A stretch of 64,000 nt of DNA, taken from NCBI GenBank assembly GCA_015680685.1, contig MNCI01001880.1, forward strand, positions 67,212 to 131,211, given 5' to 3'. Positions 54,131 through 64,000 of this stretch are shown here, one piece after another. Every line of letters starts with the position of its first letter. Positions within the stretch are counted from its first letter, which is position 1. The notes under the pieces were generated by a model. That model made no database searches. It saw nothing but the letters and a program-made list of their open reading frames with translations, and had not been told where the DNA came from. A program made the translations under genes and the position numbers. Origin of the DNA: Gnetum montanum. Taxonomy: Eukaryota; Plantae; Gnetophyta.

Positions 54131-57100
54131 AAAATCAATGAAGAACAACCTTCAACTTCTTGTTTGTATTTTTTGGAACATAAATAAAAAAATCCAATTT
54201 TTATGGGTTCTTTTCTTTTAAACAAAAGAAAATAAAGGTTTATGCCTTATGCATAAATGCAACCTTTTCTTGTTGTGTTTTTTTTAAAGTTATGCAAATC
54301 ACATGAAAAACCCAATTCACTTCTATATATTTTTGAAAAGAAATAAACTCAATTTAAAAAAACATTAATTTTCATAAGTTTATATTTTTTTCCTCCACAA
54401 CTAATGCCATGAACTTCGTAACAAACACACTAGGACTCCAAATCAAAATCTATTTGAACTTATGAGGTCCATATTAGATGCACTACATAGTGACATGCTA
54501 CAACCTTATCCAAAAATCACATGACATATATCTATAATTCAAATGCATAAATATTGAAATTACCTATAAGGCAAAAATGCATATCAAATGGATGCTCTTA
54601 TATCCCAATCCAATATCCCTACCAACAACATCACCTATCTAACACATCACACAAGGATAGTGTACATAATCATGTTAGTTAAACATTGAAAGACATCATA
54701 ATCATAATATATAAAGTGCAATTACAATAAGCTAAGTCATCCCTAATAACCCACTGAGACAACACATAAATTGTAATTGTACAACCATACCTAATGTGTT
54801 TAGAAGGGATGTAACCTGATCTATGTGATTACATATGATATTCTATTTTGCAAGGGTGTTGTTATAGTAGTGGATGCTGAAAAAGATTTTTTCATCCATA
54901 AAGATTCATTATAGTCTTCATTCACGCATTTTATAAAAGAAAACTCAGCTATTCCATAAAAATTACTTCTCTTTGATTCAATAAGTCTAACTAAGCCTCA
55001 TTATGTTCATGTGAACACTTTAAAACTATATGTGAAATCTGCATATCAATTTTCTCTTTGAGGTCATTTGAGGGTGTTGGAGTGGGTGAATTTTTTTTCA
55101 AACTTGAAGTCACTAGTTGAATTCTATGTCAATATTGGGTATCATTTAATTTAGTTACTCCATGTTAATGTTAATGATACATCAATGTAGAAAATGTGCC
55201 CTTAATATAAATTAATAATAAAGCCTACCTCTCATTAAGTATTAACGCTGGATCATGAAAATAACCAGGTAATAGCAAAAAAAATCACGTACAACATGAA
55301 CGAATGGTCAAAATCAAAAAGATTAGCTGAAAAAATTTGTGTATTTATTGTGACTCCCTATTGAGATCATGCCTGTTTGTTTTGAATGATTTTTTGAAGC
55401 AAAAGTAGCTTACTAGCAAGGACTCCCTTTACCTTGGTCTAATTCTAAACAATGATCATTTTACCATTTCTTCCTTTGAATCATCTGAAATCGTTTGGTC
55501 TAGTTTAATTGATTTTCATATCCATGGACTTATGCTTTGATTTTTGATGAAACATACAACAACCTCATTGCAAATTATCTTAATAATGTCATAGATCTAT
55601 GTGATAATTTCACCAACCTTTGGTATGATGAGATGGCTTCCATTAACATGTATAGTATTTATGCTTCCTAATGTCATAGAAATTATGTTAAACCTCCATG
55701 CTAGGGTTCTACTTATCTCATTCTTGGGTATGACACATGCATAGAAAATAATCTTGTTGTCTATATAAATTAGAAAAATGTTCAAGAGGCTTTTCATGCA
55801 AAGTTAACAAGTTTCATCCTAGATGGTTATAGCCTTTGCAATATGAATATTAATGGTAAGTGGAACCAGAGTGATTCTCCTGATGATATGCTCCAAATCT
55901 ATCAAAAACTCATGAAAAAGAATATAAAATTTTGATATATAATTATAACACTGATAGCAACATGTTGGTAACTTCAACTAGGGAATTATTGAAGCTTCTT
56001 AATTTGACTATTGCACATTGTTGGAATGCATGGATGAGTGATAATGAGGTTAGAGGCTATAAGTTAGGCTCTGATGGATGGACATTTGTAAATATAAGAA
56101 GGGCTAGTCATGAGATGCCTTTCAACCATCAAGGATGTTTGACTTGTTGCAATAGTACTTAGCTATCTAGCAAAATTAAACACAACATAAAATAAGTTAG
56201 CATAACCAAATAATTTATCTTTGAAGAAAATTTGAAATTTTTGCTAATTTTCTTAATGATTTTCTTGATTATGTAATAAGGATACTTTTTAATGTTATAA
56301 AGATAACTTTATCTGGATATATTTTTAAAAAAATAAAAAATAAAAACTTTGATACTATTTCAACCTTGTTGGACTTAGTTGATTTGATTTTACTAGGCTT
56401 TAACCTTGTTTCTCTCTTATTGTACTTTGTTTCTTACCTTGTTTTAGTTTGTTACTACCTCATTTTACCTTCATTAGCCTTGGTTTAACTTGTAGTACCC
56501 TGTATGCCCTCACTTTACCTTATTCTACAGTATTTAGCCTTAATTTACAATGTTTTAGATCTTTATTTATCTTACATTTTTTTGTTATTACAATATTTTT
56601 TGCACTATTTAAACATTTTTTAACAATTTTATCATGTAGATGCCACTTGATGTGCTTATGTTGACATGTAGGATTGAGCTAGGAAGATGAGTAAGCAATT
56701 TGACTTAGCCTTTAACCCTAAGTAGACCCTTCTTGTAACTTGTTTGACCAAGTTGACCTACAATGCTTAGACCGAGAGCCAAAAAGCCTTTGGCCATATA
56801 ACCTCATTGCTTTGGAATGTCCTAACTACCATTGAAATTGAAGCCAGAAACATCATAGAGGGTTCTTTGATTGAATTCCCTATTTTCTTCCATAATGATG
56901 AGGAGAAAACTCATGAAACCAAGTTTCTCACTAAACCTAGCTTACTCAAGACATCATCAAACCCTTACATGGAAACATAAAAGCCTTTGCATAACCTTGA
57001 TTATATCTAACATTTGTGGATCATTGAACTTAGAAGTAGGGAGGAGAGGAATGAATAAGTTCCCAAAATAAAAACTTAAACAAACAAAGCACACACACAA

Positions 57101-58539
57101 ATTTACATGGTTTTTCAACTTGGGTACTTCACATTTGGAGGGTAGATTGCAAGCACACCTTTGGACTTTGTTGCCTTTAAAATGTGGTTAAAGGATCTAC
57201 ACCCTCTATAGTTTTCCTGCCCCACTTCAAAGTGTTGTACCATAGCACAAATCACTCTACCCTACAAGGTAATGTCAGGCTTGAAAGTGTAGTTTCAAGG
57301 CTTTCACAACATTTAAAATCTTGAGCTCTGCACCAAGGTATTATACCATACCATTAACAACTCAATCCCATAGGATCTTGACAAGTTTAATCATATCAAC
57401 CCTACAAAGTGACAAGAACAAGAATTATAAGGGATAATTGCAACTTAATTTGCTGATCCTTGTACAATTATGTACAACACACTTTAAAAAGCCAAAATGC
57501 TTAGAAAATGAGGAGCAACAGAGAATTCAATGAATTATACATTTCATTTGTAATGTGTGGTGGCATGTATTTTAATTATTATCTCATGTGGCCTTATGAA
57601 ATATCTTGTAATAATATGCATTATTTGGCTTGTTTTCTTATCCTCGTGGAGTTGTACTTGCAAGATCAAGCTTGAAGTCATCATGAAGGTATGACTTATC
57701 ATAGTAGTAAGTTACCATGTGATCTCGATGCATGAAAATCAGTTAGCTTGTCCAACTATGCTAGGAATGCTTATCTTACATCACTTTCATTACCTCTCCT
57801 AAACCATGTTCTCATAGCCAAAGAACATCCTTCCTTATCCTAAATAATACTAAAAATCAATGTTTGACATTCATGCATCATGGCCATATGACATACTTCC
57901 CTACATGCTCCTCAGATCAAGTTTGTTAAATGTAATACATCTCATTCAACAAGAGAGAAAATTGAAATCTAACATAATTCATCAATCAAGTACACTAAAT
58001 GTAACGCATCTCATTCAATGAGAAAAAAAATCTGGCTTTGGCACTAAACTCCAATGAAGATTTCACTTCTAGGAGAAAAAGAAATAAGAAGAAAAAATAG
58101 AGAGATAATGCTAAGAAAGACAAGAGGTCAATGAAGCCAAGAAAGAAGGAGCCTAATAGCCAAAGAAGCAGAAGGATGGAACGTTATTTTTTCTAAAACA
58201 TCATTGAATAATTTACACTTCAAACATGAAGCATGAAGAGCTTCAACAAATTCACATGTCATAGCCATGCCATTGCTATGATGTCAACATTTGGAATTCT
58301 TTGTTAACCAAAATGATCATTCCCTATGTAACCATGATCCTAGAGAAAGCATCTCATCCCAAATCCTTAACATTTTCTCATGACCTTATTTCATCATCAT
58401 GAGCACTTTTTGGCAAGATTTGACAGCTACTAAATCAATTGTGGAGAGAGAGCATTGGTGATAAACCTATAGCAATATTTCACATTCTTTGTTGATGTCC
58501 CTCGAGTCAATCCTCGAAATATGAACAAAGAAAGACCAA

Positions 58540-59715
58540 TGAAACATTCTAAAGAAATCCATATTATAACCCATGGCCAATAGTTTGTATAATTTGATGG
58601 GAAAAATAAAGGTAGATACAATTACCTTATTTTTCCAAAGATGCTAGCATCATGACTTTATGGTATCAATACTATGCTAGTGTCTTGACTTTATGGTATC
58701 AACGTTGACACTAGCATCATGACTTTATGGTATCAACATTAACACTAGCATCATGACTTTATGGTACTAAGGCTATGCTAGCATCATGAATTTATGGTAC
58801 TAATGTTAATGTTAGAATTATGGACTTATGATACCAATGCTATGCTAGCGTTATGACTCTATGGTACCAATGTTGATGCTAGTGTCATGAATTTATGGCA
58901 CCAATGCCATGCTAGTGTCATGACTCTATGGTACCAATGCTATGCTAGCATCTTAACTCTATGGTATCAATGCTGACGCTAGCATCATGACTCTATGGTA
59001 TCAACATTGATGCTAGTTTCATGACTTTATGGTATTGATGGTGATGCTACATGCAAAGGTGTTCCAGGTACGATAGAAGGTGCCAAAAATGTATGAACAA
59101 TCATGAAAAAATTAACTAATGACTAGACAAAGACCCAAGGCTTATTTAAGTAATAATATATTTCTTCATAAAGGTTTCTGGCTTTTTTGCATCTACATGG
59201 AACCTAAGACCCTCAAGTAGTGTAGACACCCAAGAGTCCATAACGACCATCACCATTGTTCCATAACGTAGAGCACCAAAGACACCAAGAACTAATTTGT
59301 AGTTGAATTAGGTAGTGCTAGATCTATGAAAGAAGATTACAAAACACATCGTACCTCCTATGCCAGAATCCAAATCCATTGTTTCAATTGCAAGTTGTAA
59401 AATCCAAAATCTATATTTTTAGAACTCATATTGTTATAGTATTTTAAAACTTTTAATTATAAAGTTTTGGTAGTGTTGTGTTATATTGTATTTTTACATT
59501 TAGTGCAACTACATTTCCATTCCAATTTTGTTTAACAAATATTTTCTCACTCATTTACATTTTGTTAATACTCAATAATAACATTCAAGTCCTCAATAAA
59601 TCTTCTAGACCCTTTGAGTCACTTGTAGATCCTTTTTGAGGCCCATGGATCTGCAAGTTGAACTATTTTGATGGGGATCTTTAGCCCTCTAGCACCAAAT
59701 TTTTCTATCACTACA
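58540..59715 (+). repeat. 3' LTR of element D, with 12 units of the 33-34 bp repeat (58644-59047)
   Basis: Collinear with 31081-32087. Confidence 0.9.
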
Positions 59716-62319
59716 AAGAACAAGAAGTAAGATTAATGAGCATTGCATGAATGCTCAAACCTAATAAAATGATAAGTCCCAAAAGAGATAGAAATATGAG
59801 AATAATATAAAAGCAAGTGAGAAATGAAGTGATAAACATAATGAATCAAATCTATAGATTTTCTAGAAAAGGTAAATAAAGATATGAATCATACAAAAGA
59901 ATATAATATACAATAAATGAGAATACAAAATAGCATTAGAAGCTTTAAATCAAATAAAATAAGATCTAATCGAGGCATCTACCAAATATGATAAAAGCTA
60001 TTAAAGCATAATGTAAGGAAATGCATCTAAACATGATAATATCAATATAAACATGAGTCTATTGTTACACATCACCTAATATATATATCTCTAATGTTCA
60101 TATAATTATCAAGATATATAAGATCTATCATAACATAAATCCTATACAATAGCATGAATAATATAGTGTACTACGAGTTAAAAGATAAATAATTGAATCT
60201 ATCATTTGACATATATAAAATCATCAAAACTACTACCAGGAAGAAAGAAAATCTACTCTATCATAGTCTAGCATGATATAGTGTACAAGTACATAGATGT
60301 CCATAATACATACATCAAGGATAATACTGAAAGTCATAATGATAATAAAGTCTAAGATAAAGATTAAATCTCTTAAGTCTAGAAAAACATAAATCATAAG
60401 TAGATTGAAGGTCCCCTATGCACGAGGTCCACCAAATCCACCACTAGAATTTAAACCTAAAATAAGAAGAGGGACTAATATAAAACTAAGCAAGATATGT
60501 TATCATCTTTCCTGATGGAATTAAAGACAAGGATTATGGATCATGGGTTGGTGCAAACTGGGTACTTTGACTTGCAATCATAATTTTCAACATGTAAATC
60601 ACATACATATATTCATCTCAAACCAAAATCACATATGTAGTAAATAATACCTCACAACCATCACTAATCAATTAAGAAGATCATGCTCATGGAAGCTAAT
60701 TATTATTTTGTTAGTGGTGATACTGAAACCACTAATGATCTAATCTAGTGTTAGAGGTGTTACCATCTCTCTAACACCCCATCCCTAGATACCCATATTT
60801 GTTGATATATCCTTTGATTGAAATCCTTTATGTGATTTTTAACTAGCTTATGCTTTGTGTTTAATACCTCTATGCTTGGTGTAGTATGCTTGTGATGTAT
60901 GATATTCTACGTTTATGATTTTGATTGAGCTATTTCTTTTCTAATTTAATTATAAGTATATTTATTATTTTAATTTATATTTTATTTTAAGCATATGTGC
61001 ACAAATGCCTATGTTGGATTTTTGAATAAGTAGGTATCAAGTATTGGCTAGGTCATTGACACATGGGATTCTATGTTAGGCATATGGTATGCTATTTTTT
61101 GTGTATTTAACATGTTTTGTAAATAGTTTAAAAATTAATAAATTAATTATTTATGAATTTTTTATTTTAATTTATTTTTAAGATAGCATAGAATAGTACC
61201 TTGATTAGTTATATTTGGTTTTGTACCTTGGATCTTTGTTTAGATTTGATGATGATATAACTATTAGAAAGTACCAAGGGAATCCTAGTTAACTAACACT
61301 GGGTATAGATCCATCTAGAAATATTATTTGATTTTAATTCTAGAAAGTATAAGTTAAATGTATATTCTTTTTTGGTTTATTATTTTACATTAGAATTACC
61401 TATTATTGAAATCCTGGCATGCCCTGGCATGCCCTTGCGAGTATTAATACTTGGAAATCCTTCCATTAGAAATCATCCACTTATATTATTAATATCTAGG
61501 ATGTAAAGATAGAGAGGGGAACCCCAAAAAATAGGAGATTAGCCTATACAAGATTGCATTGTCATCTAGGATTGTTGTAAGTGCTTTTCTTTAAAATCTC
61601 ATTCAGTGTTTCACTTGGATCCAATTTTTGATCTTTAACTTTGCTTAGGTTTTGGAGCTATTTTGGGAGAGTTTAGCCATGTGAGAATTGTTACAATGCT
61701 ATAATTTAAGGGAGATTTATTAAAACATGCATCTTTTGAGTTTTTTTGAACATTTGGTTATGTGAAAATCTTATTTGGTTTGTTTTGTATAGCAATGTTT
61801 AACAAAATATTTTAGAATTTTTTTCTCTACTAGAACTAATTTGTTAATGCATGTTTTAGCAATTCGATTATCATGTGAATTTTATCATGATTTATATGTT
61901 GCATCTTGAAATTTTCCTTGTTTATATTTATTTTTGTTCTCTTTTTTCTTTTTCAAATATTTGGGATGTAGAACTATAGTTTTGTATAATTTTTTTCACT
62001 TTTTGATACTTGATATGATTTCAAATGATGATGATGTAGAAAAGAAAGTTCCTAAATATGTTGACATAGATCCTGAGACATCCTTAATAGCATGTTTTGA
62101 TATGTTGTAATCCCATTCCAAGATCATGAAGAAGTTGAATGATGTTATGATGCATCATATAAAAAATATTATAATATTGTAAAGAGATCCTACTTTTATT
62201 GGATAACAAAATTTTTTAAAATGACCAAACACATAGCTTCTAGGATCTTTTGACATGACTAAACGTTTGGAACAATAATGATTACCTTTTACAAAATTTG
62301 TAACTAAGAATATCTCTTG

Positions 62320-62480
62320 AAGTAATGGTAAGATGCTTATTTATTAAATTGTAAAGCCTTGGTTTAATCCTAGGCACAACCACTTAAAAGAGATTAGGCT
62401 TTCCTATATCTATAGCTCCTCCCAAGACCTTGCCTTGGCTGGATGAGCATTGAGCCTTTGGCTAATGATAATTTTTTTTA
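62320..62480 (+). mobile_element. Possible decayed tRNA-derived SINE
   Basis: A-box-like TGGTAA and B-box-like GGTTTAATCC at tRNA-like spacing, body AGGCTTTCCTAT..CCTCCCAAGACCTTGC resembling plant Au-type SINEs, and a T-rich tail. Confidence 0.4.
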
Positions 62481-63039
62481 CGAACATCTCTTGGATCCTT
62501 ATTTTGGTAGGAAAATTACTCTTAGTAAATATTTTGATTAATAGGAAAACCATTTGTTGGCACATTTGGCTATTTCATGAAGCAGGTTAAATAGTTGAGA
62601 TTCTTTTATGAAGAAGTGATTAAATTTACAGTTTTAAAGAAGGAGAATGAGTAACCAGAAGGCATTTTTTTTTAATATATGTATATACCGGAGCAAGTTT
62701 ACACAGCCATGTTGAGAAGTATGTTGCTCTACTTTCCTAGATCACTAAGGTTTACAGTAGTTTGAGGTTATTTCTCCTGGGTAATTCAAGAATATATGGT
62801 TTCAAGGTTAAGCAAGAAATTTATTTCTGCAAACAAGATGTTTTACTCTGTAGTAGAAAGGCAGAAAATAGGATTGTTCAAGTAGCATTTTGCCATCAAA
62901 AATATCATTCTCTGTAACCATTGCTGTCCNGATAGACATGAAAATATGGACATGGCCACTTCCTCTTTATGCTCACCACGACAATGACGGTATTGAGCCA
63001 CCCCAAGAGCACCCGTAGCAACAAAAAAAAAGGGGGGGG

Positions 63040-63625
63040 GGGGCACAGGCTAAAAATGTCTGTAGGGAAAATGCCGTTTCTTTAAGGGCGCCGTATCAGT
63101 AATGCGCCTAAAGGATCCGCACCTCTGGAATGCGGACAGGTCTGATGCAGTGGACTGGCCTTACTCAGCTTGGCGACGCCGACAGTTTTACCAGTTCCTT
63201 AAAAAAAATGTGTGCAACGGATGCAGGAAGCCCTAGGCCCAGAACATATGGTTCAAAATTCGCAAAGCCTGCAACGCATCTTCGGAAATGAGAACGGACT
63301 CCGCTCCGCCATTCACCGTCAGCACAACTTGCTCCGCTGCAACCAACCAAGAACACGCAGATTGACGCGTCCGGCTGTTCGCAGATTTCATTTTTTTTTA
63401 GCACCATAATGACCAGAACATTTTTCCACGCCGTGCCCTTCGCTCAGGGCATGGACCACGCCGTCCCTTCCGTAGCCTTGCATCGTGGCTTCGATCAGAC
63501 GTTTCATCATCAGCCTGAGAAGTTGCAGCACTTGGCCTGGCGCAGGAGGAGTTATCGGGCAGTTGGTTTAACCGCACACACGACATCGCTGATTTAACTT
63601 GAGAAAAATATCGCTGATTTAACTT
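63040..63625. promoter_or_regulatory. CpG-rich island (possible unmethylated promoter/first exon or recently captured gene fragment)
   Basis: Abrupt rise in GC and CpG content. Minus-strand donor-like GA|GTAAGG near 63164. No recognisable ORF. Confidence 0.4.
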
Positions 63626-64000
63626 TGGTCATCCATAAATCAAGTTTAGGCTAATTATATGCGTTGAATATATAACTCGATGATTCAGTACTCAAATAGG
63701 ATGTGCAAAGACAAAATTTATGAGATATTTATCCAATAACATTCACGAACTAAGCACTTGTCAATTGCAAATTTTAGTTAGGTAATGGTTATAACCATCC
63801 AAGTTTTAAAACTAACCTATCATAAAAATTCCTCCTAATTGATTGACCAAACTACTTGGGAGTTGTAATTTCCTTATATAATATTTTGAAAGGTTGGAAG
63901 AAAACTAAAGAGAATATATGTGTATAAGTCACAACTATCATTTTGTATTCCTATTTAATTTAGTGGTTGCATTTTATAACTACTACAAAGGACATTTGTC

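Larger units (their letters stand above)
42450..54866. mobile_element. Possible LTR-derived sequence (~2.9 kb excluding the nested Athila-like element) that hosts the Athila-like element
   Basis: Starts TGTAACAC and ends GGGTGTTGTTATA, with LTR-like composition on both sides of the Athila insertion. No matching TSD. Confidence 0.35.
31081..59715 (+). mobile_element. Element D: LTR retrotransposon related to A/B/E, expanded to 28.6 kb by nested insertions; own pol not found
   Basis: LTRs at 31081-32087 and 58540-59715 (TGA(G/A)ACA...CTA(T/C)A). TSD AAGAA at 31076-31080 and 59716-59720. PBS-like TGGTAGAGGAAGGGCC after the 5' LTR and a purine tract before the 3' LTR. The pre-PPT sequence (58480-58530) is homologous to B 10175-10225 (minus). 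Confidence 0.85.

Noticed and set aside
54867-58400. Additional LTR/Copia-like and DNA-transposon fragments (also 59716-62300)
   Set aside because: Too decayed to assign boundaries, TSDs or domains by eye.

Overview
Eukaryotic, AT-rich, CpG/CHG-depleted plant heterochromatin. No intact host gene is visible. The window is a stack of decayed, nested Ty3/gypsy LTR retrotransposons. (A) The 5' end of a minus-strand Tat-type element (LTR 522-2216). (C) A plus-strand chromovirus (gag-PR-RT at 5.7-8.36 kb; RH-INT-chromodomain-3'LTR at 26.4-28.76 kb). It is split by (B), an 18-kb minus-strand Tat/Ogre-like element (8356-26417, ~1.8-kb LTRs, tRNA-Asn-type PBS). (D) A related plus-strand element (31081-59715, TSD AAGAA), swollen to 28.6 kb by nested material: a third relative (E, 33297-~38800), a cluster of CpG-retaining host-gene fragments including an intronless class IV HD-Zip pseudogene, and an Athila-like element (44583-54130, TSD AAAAT). 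The most unusual structure is inside B. Its gag-protease and RT-integrase regions are separated by ~6.2 kb. That spacer holds an antisense, TATA-preceded, 8-exon, phase-consistent gene of roughly 1000 codons with a PMD/plant-transposon-protein-like core and a coiled coil. A second antisense spliced remnant sits upstream of the chromovirus gag. All coordinates and translations were read by eye, and several N gaps limit certainty about contiguity.
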